The notes: generated by a model not told the origin, from the letters alone. 64,000 nucleotides of DNA from a virus (IMGVR_UViG_3300032294_002877:32001-96000), one strand, 5' to 3'. Positions 44,702 to 54,553 are shown, numbered from the stretch's first letter. A program made the numbers and translations.

Positions 44702-46322
44702 AAAAGTGAACTCTGTTGTGAAAGATTGGACTAGCTAATAATATTGCCGAAGAAACCTTCTTATCTCTTGTTAAAGAATATATGTGACTCATCCATGTTT
44801 GTTCAAACGGATAGGCCCATGTTGTATCAAGGAATAACTTTTGATTACCCTTCTGACCTATAATATGAGGCCAATTACAATAGTAAATTTCTCCATCAAC
44901 ATACGGGTTTCCGTTTATCGTTTTTATGTTATTAAATACTGTGTTTGGTTTGCTATTTATGTTACCAAAATATTCTATCTTTTTGTCGTGTGGTAAATTA
45001 TGCCAACTCCATTGTTCTCCGTTATGACCATAAAATTCACTAAATGAAAATTTTAGAAAATCATAATCTTCTTTATCCATAATTTTTATTAGAGTATCGA
45101 ATAAATTATTTACTTTTCTTTTGAATCCGAAACCACAAGTTTCATCTATTTCCATTCTTAGTAACATATCGTCTTCAAAAAACATCATATACTGGGATTG
45201 GCTATCTCTAAAGTGTTCTGCGGCTCTTTGTCTTGCTCTGCATATTCCTAAGTTTCCTTCACGTATTTCTTCTACAAAATCGTATTTTCCTATTATCTCT
45301 TCGTAGGCAGGAAACAGTTCTTCTTCAGTTGTGTTGTTTATTAGTATCTTTTTGGTATTATTGAGGAATTTTTGATCATATTTTTCAAATGAATCAAGTA
45401 CCATCTGTAATTGTTCAGGCGAATTAAATGCATTTATATATAGAAGAATATCTTCATTTTTGTGAATAGAATCTTTTCTTTTGATTTGTAATTGTGTCTT
45501 TTCTGTTTTTACATTTTCAAAAAACGTATTAATAAGACCATCACTATTGATCATTTCGTGTTGAAAAATATCTGGTTTTAGATATGTCATCAACGTAAAA
45601 ATACTTTCCTCAGTACCCATAAATCCTTGATTAAGAGTATCATTTAATAATGAATAGTATAGATCGTTTGCCGAAGATATGTAGTCTTTATGGCCACCGA
45701 AGAACCCTCCTCTAGCCACTCTATTGACATTCATATCACATATGTTGTTCATCTTATTAATATCGAAACCGTGTATTTCGCTATTTGTTTCGTAAGGGAA
45801 ACATACAAACAAGAATTTTTTTACAAATTTCTCTATTTTGTCTACAACATTATCACTACTAAAGTATCCGGTATGAACAGTATTACTTATTCCTCCGTCT
45901 AGCCAAAAGTAGTAGTCAGAATCAAATGGGTTGTATAGTTTAGCGTTATGCAAGAGAAACATTTTACTCATAACCATAGGATTATACCATTCCATGGTTG
46001 CTTGAGTACTATCTCTAAGCCACCCAGCTTGAGCCAGCCACGCTTCATTCTGTCTTATTGCTTGTATTTTATCGAAAAATGGAAAAAATCCACCAGAAAA
46101 ATCCTCTTTTCTATGAGGATAAACTACTGTATTGGATCTATCTCGTACCTTCCAAACCATATCTTCTAGAGATGGATCTATAAATATAGCAAGATTGATA
46201 TTTTTAACAGATAATAGGTCGTTAAACTTTGATATATAGTGGTCAAAACCCCTAGACCAACCTTGTGAAAGATCGCCCCTACCTAGATCCCATATACCTG
46301 TGACAATAGTAGTGGAGCGCAT
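44673..46322 (-). CDS. HtrL/YibB-family protein fused to a GT2-like domain
   Basis: TIVTGIWDLGR, MSKMFLL, NPFDSDYYFWLDGG, TEESI; C-terminal NLGICRAR, FFEDD. Confidence 0.8.
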   Translation of the reverse strand: MRSTTIVTGIWDLGRGDLSQGWSRGFDHYISKFNDLLSVKNINLAIFIDPSLEDMVWKVRDRSNTVVYPHRKEDFSGGFFPFFDKIQAIRQNEAWLAQAGWLRDSTQATMEWYNPMVMSKMFLLHNAKLYNPFDSDYYFWLDGGISNTVHTGYFSSDNVVDKIEKFVKKFLFVCFPYETNSEIHGFDINKMNNICDMNVNRVARGGFFGGHKDYISSANDLYYSLLNDTLNQGFMGTEESIFTLMTYLKPDIFQHEMINSDGLINTFFENVKTEKTQLQIKRKDSIHKNEDILLYINAFNSPEQLQMVLDSFEKYDQKFLNNTKKILINNTTEEELFPAYEEIIGKYDFVEEIREGNLGICRARQRAAEHFRDSQSQYMMFFEDDMLLRMEIDETCGFGFKRKVNNLFDTLIKIMDKEDYDFLKFSFSEFYGHNGEQWSWHNLPHDKKIEYFGNINSKPNTVFNNIKTINGNPYVDGEIYYCNWPHIIGQKGNQKLFLDTTWAYPFEQTWMSHIYSLTRDKKVSSAILLASPIFHNRVHFYESNARKEN

Positions 46323-46367
46323 AAAGACTAATTATTACCTAAGTAGTATATCTACCCGACCTGCATA

Positions 46368-46396
46368 ATCTTATGCTCAAAATGATGTTATGTCAA
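46368..46396 (-). promoter_or_regulatory. sigma70-type promoter for minus-strand glycosylation block
   Basis: reverse strand TTGACA-17nt-TAAGAT. Confidence 0.7.
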
Positions 46397-46429
46397 GAAA
46401 AAAGATTTTTAGACTTCGCATCATGTGTC

Positions 46430-46458
46430 TTGACACAATCGAATCATCAGGTTATCAT
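46430..46458 (+). promoter_or_regulatory. divergent sigma70-type promoter
   Basis: TTGACA-17nt-TATCAT. Confidence 0.7.
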
Positions 46459-46502
46459 ATGGTTGTAAGTTTTAAGTTTACCGTTGATACTTTTTTCAGA
46501 AA

Positions 46503-46709
46503 ATGAACAAAAACAAAGACGATTTTAGTGATAGAAAGGACTTTCGTAGGAAAAACCTTAAAAACAAATCCTTGGATAAAAGGGATAAGTTTGAAGACGA
46601 TGCCTATATCCCAAAAGCTCGAAAAGAAATAAAAAAGAAAGTACAAGATATGCGAGCTGAAGAAATTTGGGAAGACTGGGAAGACTGGGAAGATCACTAC
46701 AATAAATAA
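46503..46709 (+). CDS. highly charged small protein
   Basis: ORF after promoter; WEDWEDWED tail. Confidence 0.6.
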   Translation: MNKNKDDFSDRKDFRRKNLKNKSLDKRDKFEDDAYIPKARKEIKKKVQDMRAEEIWEDWEDWEDHYNK

Positions 46710-46721
46710 AAGAATATCCAG

Positions 46722-46967
46722 ATGACTAAATACATTGAAGAACTCAATAATGGAGATTCTTTTACCATAGATTCTATTATCTACATTCTTACCACAGACT
46801 TTAAAAGATCTGGAGAAAGATCCGCCGTATCGACTAAAGATGGGCGTTGTAGGTGGTTTGGTCCAAGTCAGATAGTTAATACTTGCCAACTATATAGTAT
46901 GGATAAAGACAATAACATAATACCTATCAAGATATCAGAGAAACCAAATGCTTTTAATCAAACTTAA
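46722..46967 (+). CDS. hypothetical protein
   Basis: ORF. Confidence 0.6.
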   Translation: MTKYIEELNNGDSFTIDSIIYILTTDFKRSGERSAVSTKDGRCRWFGPSQIVNTCQLYSMDKDNNIIPIKISEKPNAFNQT

Positions 46968-47199
46968 AGTATTTTTGCGGTCTTTATTTTTCCATATCTA
47001 TTCTGGATTTCCAAAATCTACGAAAGAAGAAATACTCTACAGATTTTCTATATGTAAATTATGCACTAGATATAACGCTATTAAATCAGAATGCATGGAA
47101 TGTGGATGTAATCTTAGCGAAAAAAAAATATTTTTAAACAAATTAGCTTGGGCAGACCAAGAGTGTCCTATAGGTAAATGGCCCAAAATCAAAAGGTGA
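46948..47199 (+). CDS. cysteine-rich small protein
   Basis: R..IC..C...C.ECGC.....K......CP..KW. Confidence 0.7.
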   Translation: MLLIKLKVFLRSLFFHIYSGFPKSTKEEILYRFSICKLCTRYNAIKSECMECGCNLSEKKIFLNKLAWADQECPIGKWPKIKR

Positions 47200-47202
47200 A
47201 CT

Positions 47203-47760
47203 ATGAAACCTAGAATGGCTGAGAAATATTCAAATATTATTTATACCAATCAAGATATATTTCATAATGCGACTCAAAGAATACTTGGAGGTAATAATGG
47301 AGCTACTGTCTTTATTCCTCATGTATGTAATAATCTAGATATGTTCGGAGCCGGATTTGCTGCTCAAGTTGCGGACAGATACCCTTCTGTAAAAGCCGAT
47401 TACCATATGTTGGGTAGGAATTTTCTAAAAAATAATTTCGGATACGCCCAAATACTTAAAGTTAATGAAGATTCTAAATATAAACATAAGCTATATATAG
47501 TAAATATGATAGCACAAAATGGCATAAAAAATATCACCAACCCAAGACCTCTGCACTACCCTGCTCTGGTTAGAAGCATGACTCAGATAGCACAATTCAT
47601 AAGCGCCAACACAGGATTCCTAAACAAAACAGAAAATGTAGAAATACATGCTCCAAAATTTGGTAGTGGATTAGCTGGAGGAAATTGGAATTTTATACAT
47701 GACCTCATTGTTGATACTTGGGGCAAATTTTTTGTAACAATCTATAACTACAAGAAATAA
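47203..47760 (+). CDS. macrodomain (ADP-ribose binding/hydrolase) protein
   Basis: HVCN..FGAGFAAQV, NMIAQ, PKFGSGLAGGNW. Confidence 0.85.
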   Translation: MKPRMAEKYSNIIYTNQDIFHNATQRILGGNNGATVFIPHVCNNLDMFGAGFAAQVADRYPSVKADYHMLGRNFLKNNFGYAQILKVNEDSKYKHKLYIVNMIAQNGIKNITNPRPLHYPALVRSMTQIAQFISANTGFLNKTENVEIHAPKFGSGLAGGNWNFIHDLIVDTWGKFFVTIYNYKK

Positions 47761-47762
47761 TA

Positions 47763-48611
47763 ATGGATAAAATATCTACGATAGGACTATTCAGAGACTC
47801 TTCTACAAATATCAAGAATACCCTTGATTCATTAGATGATCTTAAAAAAATATGTTTACCAAGTTTTTATTTTTATGAGAATGATTCCGTTGATGATACA
47901 AAAAACATTATTAAACAATGGATATCTGATCATGACGGTGACTTGTTATCAGAAAATCTAGGAGCACCAAAATATGGCTCTGTAATAGACATTAACAGAT
48001 TTGTATTCTTGTCCTATTATAGAAATAAAGCTAGAGATCTAATAAAAAATACAGAATCTGAATTTACTATTTTATTTGACACTGATATTCTTTTTGATAA
48101 TAATCATATAAACCTATTACTTACAGCAATCAAGAGTTTAGATTGTGCTATGGTAGTATCGAATACAAGACAAGATATACCAGATTTAATGCTAGATGAA
48201 ACACCAGATAGTTTTTATGATGTACTACCGATTAGAGATCTCTATAATAATAGCGGATTATATTTCACAGACTGTCCGTTAGTATTGGATGCGGACAGAG
48301 AAAAATGGCAAGCTAAAGTCCCAGTTAAAATAAATGCAGGTTTTAGTGGATTAGCAATAATAAAAACAGAGATATTAAAAAAATGTAAATGGTCTACATC
48401 CGGTTTAGTGGAGCATATAAATTTTTGTTCAGAGGTCCTTGAGTATAATGATATATATATAATACCAGAATCTAAACCGAGAGTAATATTAGACATCAAG
48501 ACACTACCTATTCATAGGTTTAAAGAGTCAGCGATACAACAGAAACAAATATATCAAAATATTAATATGATATATAATACATCGATATCAAAACATATTA
48601 ACATACAATGA
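47763..48611 (+). CDS. GT-A glycosyltransferase (CAP59/Anp1-like motifs)
   Basis: YENDSVDDT, R...LSYYRN, FDTD, FYDV. Confidence 0.65.
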   Translation: MDKISTIGLFRDSSTNIKNTLDSLDDLKKICLPSFYFYENDSVDDTKNIIKQWISDHDGDLLSENLGAPKYGSVIDINRFVFLSYYRNKARDLIKNTESEFTILFDTDILFDNNHINLLLTAIKSLDCAMVVSNTRQDIPDLMLDETPDSFYDVLPIRDLYNNSGLYFTDCPLVLDADREKWQAKVPVKINAGFSGLAIIKTEILKKCKWSTSGLVEHINFCSEVLEYNDIYIIPESKPRVILDIKTLPIHRFKESAIQQKQIYQNINMIYNTSISKHINIQ

Positions 48612-49570
48612 ATAAATACATTAAAAATATTATAGATGATCAGTTCTCAGTATACGAGAAACCCCAAAACTATAGTATAGATGATATTATGCTTGAGGAT
48701 GATGATATATTATTACAATATGCAGATAATAATATTAACTTAAACGCAAAAGACAATTTGAGCCCAGGATGTAAGTATAGATTAGAACTATTACTGCCTT
48801 ATATTCATAATTATATAACAAATAGAAATATTAAGAAATTTGATCTTCTAATAGGCTTGGGAGATTTGATTAGAAAAGAACACAATATACCATCAATATG
48901 TTTTTCAAAAAATAAAACAATAAATAGCATACTAATTCCAAATATAGATTTTTTCACCGGAGCAATACACCAGTTCTTCACCACTGTACAAAAAACAGAT
49001 ATACCCTACACTCTCAAGCTTAAGAATTCTATATTTATAGGATCATCAACAGGACCATTTAAGAACAATACACGAGCACTGTTCTGTGATATGTGTCTCG
49101 GTTCAGATAGACACAAAGCATATATTCATAACTTATGTCAAAACGACAGAGAAGAATGGATCAAAGAGTATCCGAATATTGAGAAATCTATTGTTGAAGG
49201 TATTGGTATATGGGATCAAATTAAGAGTAAAGTTGTAGTAAATATCGACGGCAATACTGCATGTTGGAGCAGACTGTATTGGCAGATGTTGTCCAACTCT
49301 ATCCCTGTATATATTAATAAAATCGATACTGATATTCAGTTTTTTGACTACATAGATAATAGTAGTACCTACGTATCTTGTTCTTTATCAGACTCTATTA
49401 AAACTATCAATTCTATTTTAGATTTATCTGACAATAATAAACAAATCACAGAGATGAATCAGGCAGGTAAAGAATATGTAACAAATTGCTTCGCCCCCTA
49501 TATGCAAAATCCAGTAGAATTTCTGAAAACTACTATTACAGAAATTTTGGATAGATTACTACTAAATTGA
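48608..49570 (+). CDS. GT90 (CAP10-like) glycosyltransferase
   Basis: FIGSSTG, NIDGNTACWSRLYWQMLSNS. Confidence 0.75.
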   Translation: MNKYIKNIIDDQFSVYEKPQNYSIDDIMLEDDDILLQYADNNINLNAKDNLSPGCKYRLELLLPYIHNYITNRNIKKFDLLIGLGDLIRKEHNIPSICFSKNKTINSILIPNIDFFTGAIHQFFTTVQKTDIPYTLKLKNSIFIGSSTGPFKNNTRALFCDMCLGSDRHKAYIHNLCQNDREEWIKEYPNIEKSIVEGIGIWDQIKSKVVVNIDGNTACWSRLYWQMLSNSIPVYINKIDTDIQFFDYIDNSSTYVSCSLSDSIKTINSILDLSDNNKQITEMNQAGKEYVTNCFAPYMQNPVEFLKTTITEILDRLLLN

Positions 49571-49571
49571 T

Positions 49572-50210
49572 ATGAAAATCGCTCTGATATACTCTGGTCT
49601 GCCATCTTTTGATCAAGAGATATTTGATAATCATTACAAATATATCATCAAGCCATATAATCCTGATATTTTTATAAGCACGTATGAATCAGAAAAGATA
49701 TCTGATATACATAATACATATAAGCCTAAATCTATTCATATAGAAGACTACAGCCTTATAGAACCATATTTAGAAAAATTATCATCTTTTATATTAAATG
49801 TTTGTCATGAAACCAAAGTAGTGAATAGCTTATCTATGTTCTATAAAATACATAGAGGTTTCTGTTTAATTGATAACTCATATGATATTATTATTAGAAA
49901 TAGATTCGATATTAAATTTGATAAACAGCTTGAGATAGAACAAAATGCTTCTCTTAATGTTCCTTTTGGCGGCGATCACAGGGGAGGACTAATGGATATG
50001 TTTGCTTATGGAAACTATGAAAATATGTCGGTTTATAGTAATCTAGTATTGTTTATAGCTAGTTATTTGCGTTATCATAATGCTGTATTTCACCCAGAGT
50101 CTCTTTTAAGAGGTCATTGTAAAATAAATAATATTGATATCAAGAGATTTGATTTTAATATTTATTTAAGAGGTATGTGTTTCAACGATACGGCTCCAAC
50201 ATACTATTAA
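49572..50210 (+). CDS. glycosyltransferase-like protein
   Basis: KIALIYSG, DIFISTY, SMFYKI, IRNRFD, D.FAYG, HPE. Confidence 0.6.
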   Translation: MKIALIYSGLPSFDQEIFDNHYKYIIKPYNPDIFISTYESEKISDIHNTYKPKSIHIEDYSLIEPYLEKLSSFILNVCHETKVVNSLSMFYKIHRGFCLIDNSYDIIIRNRFDIKFDKQLEIEQNASLNVPFGGDHRGGLMDMFAYGNYENMSVYSNLVLFIASYLRYHNAVFHPESLLRGHCKINNIDIKRFDFNIYLRGMCFNDTAPTYY

Positions 50211-50214
50211 TACA

Positions 50215-51585
50215 ATGATTAAACTAATTATTTTCGATATGGATGGAGTATTGGTCGATATCAAAAATATGCATTTTGATACTCTAAATGAAGCATTACG
50301 TAATTATGACCCAAAATTTTCTATATCTTATGAAGAGCATATAGCAAAATATGATGGGTTGAAAACTAAAGACAAATTACATATACTAACAGCAGAAAAA
50401 AATCTACCACCGCAGTCCTATGACACAATATGGAAAGATAAACAAAAAGCAACGATCAAATACGTTAGAACTCTAAAACAAAACACCATAATATACAGCA
50501 CCCTCAAAACCCTAAAAGAACAAGGTTATATTCTGGCAGTTGCATCAAACTCCATAAGAGATACTGTCAAACATGTTTTAGTATCAACAGGATACATAGA
50601 TCATATCGATTTCTTCTATTCTAATGACGATGTTGCACGGTCTAAGCCAGATACAGAAATATATCTAAAATGTATGATTAGAGCCGGAATTGCTCCCAAA
50701 GAAACCGTTATTTTAGAAGATTCTCCAGTAGGTATTCATGGAGCAGAGATGAGCGGAGCCCATGTTATTCAAATTAAAAATACATCAGATATTAATAATA
50801 ATTTAATTAGTAGGATTAATAATATGCATATAAAAACAACAGGATCTAAATGGAATGACCCAAAACTAAATATTGTCGTACCTATGGCCGGAGCAGGGTC
50901 AAGATTTGAACAAGCCGGGTATACATTTCCTAAACCTCTTATTGAGGTTCATGGCCAGCCTATGATCAAAACAATAGTCGATAATCTGAATATTGATGCA
51001 AATTATATTTTTATAGTTCAAAAACAGCATTATGAAAAATATAATCTTCAATATTTAATGAATATGATCACGCCGAACTGTAAAATCATACAGGTTGATG
51101 GCGTTACTGAAGGAGCTGCGTGTACAGTTTTATTGGCTAAAGATCTAATAGACAACGATTCACCATTGCTTTTAGCAAACTCAGATCAGTTTGTAGAGTG
51201 GAATAGTTATGATTTCATGTACTACTGCTCTAATTCTACAACAGATGGATGTATATTAACATTTAAATCCATTCACCCAAAATGGTCATATGCAAAACTA
51301 GATAATAACGGATTAGTAACAGAGGTAGCAGAAAAAAAACCAATATCAGATATCGCTACTGTCGGCATATATTTTTGGAAACACGGTTCAGATTTTGTAA
51401 AATATGCGAATCGTATGATAGAAAAAGATATTAGAGTTAATAATGAATTTTATGTATGCCCAGTATACAACCAAGCTATTCAGGATAATAAAAAGATTAA
51501 TACATATAATATCTCAAATATGTGGGGACTCGGAACTCCAGAGGATTTAAACAAATTCGTAGAAAACTACGAGGGAGATATATGA
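50215..51585 (+). CDS. HAD phosphatase fused to sugar nucleotidyltransferase
   Basis: FDMDGVL, SKPD, EDS; PMAGAGSRF, PKPLI, EKKPIS, GTPEDL. Confidence 0.92.
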   Translation: MIKLIIFDMDGVLVDIKNMHFDTLNEALRNYDPKFSISYEEHIAKYDGLKTKDKLHILTAEKNLPPQSYDTIWKDKQKATIKYVRTLKQNTIIYSTLKTLKEQGYILAVASNSIRDTVKHVLVSTGYIDHIDFFYSNDDVARSKPDTEIYLKCMIRAGIAPKETVILEDSPVGIHGAEMSGAHVIQIKNTSDINNNLISRINNMHIKTTGSKWNDPKLNIVVPMAGAGSRFEQAGYTFPKPLIEVHGQPMIKTIVDNLNIDANYIFIVQKQHYEKYNLQYLMNMITPNCKIIQVDGVTEGAACTVLLAKDLIDNDSPLLLANSDQFVEWNSYDFMYYCSNSTTDGCILTFKSIHPKWSYAKLDNNGLVTEVAEKKPISDIATVGIYFWKHGSDFVKYANRMIEKDIRVNNEFYVCPVYNQAIQDNKKINTYNISNMWGLGTPEDLNKFVENYEGDI

Positions 51586-52361
51586 GAATAGCATTTTGCA
51601 TATCTGGACACTTAAGAGATTATAAAAGTCTTACAGATAATTTTTTTGAATTCAAAACTTTTTGTGAAAAATTTGGAACAGTAGACACATTTATTGCTAC
51701 ATGGGATAAGATAAGTACAAAATATTCGTGGTCAGCAGCGCATAATTTAACACTACATAAGAATACAGAAACTAAAGTTAGATATCAAGACATATCTGAT
51801 CACTATAAAACAAAAGATGTAATAATTTTTGATGATGAATTCTATTCTTCTGACAGAAGTCCATTAAAATATCAGCATTTTACAAAACATCAATACAATT
51901 GGGATCACAGAGGTATTAGCAATAATGTCATACACTCTACGCGTATGTTTTTTTTAATCCATCAAGCTAATGTACTGAAATTAAATAAAGAATATTCTAA
52001 CAATATAAAATACGATTTGGTTATACGATTAAGACCAGATATGCTGTTTCATAAACATCTTTATGAATCTATAGACTTTAATAAAATACTACATACTAAT
52101 AAAATTTTTATTGTTCCACACTCAATGCCTCATAAAAATCACATCTCTTATTGCGACAGATTCATCATAGGATCTTCTAATCTTATGGACAAATTATCCT
52201 CAACTATGTATAATTTATCAATACCATTTAATAGAAATATTTTCGGAGATCCAGAAGATGTTCTCTTTCATGCTATACATAATATAATAGATCAAGACAA
52301 AATAGAATTTATGCAACCAATTGAAAACATTATATCAGAAAATAGTAATTTTTTAAGATAG
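51582..52361 (+). CDS. glycosyltransferase-like protein (related to 49572-50210)
   Basis: RIAFCISGHLR, DTFIATW, IRLRPD, DRFIIG, PE. Confidence 0.6.
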   Translation: MRIAFCISGHLRDYKSLTDNFFEFKTFCEKFGTVDTFIATWDKISTKYSWSAAHNLTLHKNTETKVRYQDISDHYKTKDVIIFDDEFYSSDRSPLKYQHFTKHQYNWDHRGISNNVIHSTRMFFLIHQANVLKLNKEYSNNIKYDLVIRLRPDMLFHKHLYESIDFNKILHTNKIFIVPHSMPHKNHISYCDRFIIGSSNLMDKLSSTMYNLSIPFNRNIFGDPEDVLFHAIHNIIDQDKIEFMQPIENIISENSNFLR

Positions 52362-52375
52362 AGAGCAAGAATAAT

Positions 52376-53008
52376 ATGATTATTATATTTGATGTAGGAG
52401 CTAATTTTGGTACCTTTTCTCTAGACATAACGAGAGAAAACCCAGATATTCTATGTTTTGCTTTTGAGCCTACCCCTTATCTGATAGATCATTTAAAAAA
52501 ACAAAGTCAAGAATTTTCTGATAGATATATTGTGTGTCCATATGCTGTTTCGAATTATGTAAGAAAGGCCCAATTTCATGTTAGTGGGAATGCTGATTGG
52601 GGATGTAGTTCTTTACTACTATTTAATACGAATTTGAAAGAAACATGGCCAGAGAGAAACGACTTTAACGTTACGGATAATATTGAAGTTGATGTTATTA
52701 CAATTGAATATTTTTTAGATAATATATACACTGGAAATATTTCTAAAATAGATTTCTTCCATTGTGATACACAAGGATCTGATCTGAATGTTCTTAAAGG
52801 TACCGGAAGATATATAAAACTAATAAAATCAGGTGAAGTTGAAGCCGCTAATAAACCAGATATTTTATATAAAAACCAAAATACTAAAGAAGATACTATT
52901 AATTTTTTAATAGATAATGGATTTTATATAAAATCCATTCTTCCTAATGATATGCATCAAAACGAAGTCAATATAGAATTTCTTAAAATTAATCATGAAT
53001 ATTTATAA
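52376..53008 (+). CDS. FkbM-family methyltransferase
   Basis: FDVGAN.G, FAFEP, AVSN, HCDTQGSD. Confidence 0.9.
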   Translation: MIIIFDVGANFGTFSLDITRENPDILCFAFEPTPYLIDHLKKQSQEFSDRYIVCPYAVSNYVRKAQFHVSGNADWGCSSLLLFNTNLKETWPERNDFNVTDNIEVDVITIEYFLDNIYTGNISKIDFFHCDTQGSDLNVLKGTGRYIKLIKSGEVEAANKPDILYKNQNTKEDTINFLIDNGFYIKSILPNDMHQNEVNIEFLKINHEYL

Positions 53009-53315
53009 AGAACAAAACTTAATTAAAGGATGGTTTGTTGGTAGCTTTAGTCCAACTGCTTACTCTACAGATAATTGTGAAGTAGCTATTAAAAGATATA
53101 AAAGAGGAGAATGTGAAAGTAAACACCATCATAAGATAGCAACGGAGATCACATTTATCATAGATGGAAAAGTTAAAATGAATGATAAAATACTAAATAA
53201 AGGCGATATTATAGTCATTTTACCAAACGAATCCACAGATTTCTTGGCAATGGAAGACACAATTACTTCTGTGGTCAAAGTTCCGTGCGTAGCAAATGAT
53301 AAATATGAAAATTGA
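52995..53315 (+). CDS. cupin-domain protein
   Basis: GWFVGSF, HHHKIATEIT...G, VVKVP. Confidence 0.8.
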   Translation: MNIYKEQNLIKGWFVGSFSPTAYSTDNCEVAIKRYKRGECESKHHHKIATEITFIIDGKVKMNDKILNKGDIIVILPNESTDFLAMEDTITSVVKVPCVANDKYEN

Positions 53316-53321
53316 CAGCAG

Positions 53322-54116
53322 ATGATAGACCTGTACTGCATAACATATAATAACAATAGGATACTAAACGATTGGTTCTGCCAATCGTTATTAGAATCAG
53401 ATTATCCTAGAGACACTACTTCTATATTTGTTATAGACAATCATTCATCGGCTAAGATAGAATACACATACAGACACTTAAATATTAAAATTATAGAAAA
53501 TTCTTTAAGACCTAACTTTTCTACTGGTCATTTAAGTAGAAATTGGAATCAGTGTATCATTAACGGTTTTGAAAATCTTAATAGCCCAGCATGCGATGCG
53601 GTAGTATGCTGTCAAAACGATACGATACTACAGAAAGATTGGTACTATAGAATGTTGTATCTAAATAATAATCTAGATTTTTATTCCTTTGGTGCTGGAG
53701 ATCAACTACAAGTATTCAATACTAGAGCTATCAAAAAAGTTGGATTGTACGATGAAAGATTTTGCTCAATAGCATACCAAGAAGCGGACTATTTTTTGAG
53801 ATCTGTATTGTACAATACAGAAAAAACTAGTATTAATGACTATTATCATAAGAGAGTTCATAATCCTATAAAACCAGAAATTTGTATGATACAACCTTCA
53901 GAAATAGGATGTGAAAGAGACCCTCATCTACATAATATGGATCATCATAAACTATGTCTTAATCTTTTTCACAAGAAATGGCGAATTAATCCACATAATT
54001 GGAATCATGATAATATAAAAAATCTATCTCCTCAAATAGACTCTTTTATATATTATCCATATTTTGAAAAAGATATTGATAAAGACTCTTTAGTCAAACA
54101 AAAATATTTATTATGA
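53322..54116 (+). CDS. GT2-like glycosyltransferase
   Basis: VIDNHS, LSRNWN, CQND, VGLYDERF...EADY. Confidence 0.75.
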   Translation: MIDLYCITYNNNRILNDWFCQSLLESDYPRDTTSIFVIDNHSSAKIEYTYRHLNIKIIENSLRPNFSTGHLSRNWNQCIINGFENLNSPACDAVVCCQNDTILQKDWYYRMLYLNNNLDFYSFGAGDQLQVFNTRAIKKVGLYDERFCSIAYQEADYFLRSVLYNTEKTSINDYYHKRVHNPIKPEICMIQPSEIGCERDPHLHNMDHHKLCLNLFHKKWRINPHNWNHDNIKNLSPQIDSFIYYPYFEKDIDKDSLVKQKYLL

Positions 54117-54553
54117 TTTTTATTTCGCATAGAGCTAATTTATACGGCAAAGATCCCACACGAGAAAATCGTATTACTTCAGTTAATGAATGTCTGAATC
54201 TTGGTCTACATGTGGAAATAGATGTATGGTTTCATAATGGATCTTTTTGGCTCGGTCATGATAAACCAGAATCTATTATAGATGAAAAATTTTTAGAGAA
54301 TAAAAAACTATGGTGCCATGCAAAAAATTCTGCAGCGTTGTTTCGTATGTTAGATAACGCTAAAATACATTGTTTCTGGCACGACACAGATAAGCATACC
54401 ATCACATCAAATGGTTTTATATGGAGTTTCCCAAATTGCCCAACCAACGAAAAAAGTATTTGTGTACTACCAGAAAAATATAACACTGTTATTGAAAACT
54501 GTTACGGTATATGTAGCGACTACATTCATAATTACATAAGCCAATATGGTTAA
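54113..54553 (+). CDS. GDPD/PI-PLC-like phosphodiesterase
   Basis: ISHRAN, VEIDVW, LGHD, WCHAKN, GICSDY. Confidence 0.8.
   Translation: MIFISHRANLYGKDPTRENRITSVNECLNLGLHVEIDVWFHNGSFWLGHDKPESIIDEKFLENKKLWCHAKNSAALFRMLDNAKIHCFWHDTDKHTITSNGFIWSFPNCPTNEKSICVLPEKYNTVIENCYGICSDYIHNYISQYG

Noticed and set aside
39167-54553. DNA hypermodification role for the glycosyl- and methyltransferases
   Set aside because: The families are protein- or glycan-directed (GT60, GT10, GT90, TylF, FkbM), there are no DNA MTase motifs (DPPY/NPPY, PC), and canonical ThyX is present; not fully excluded
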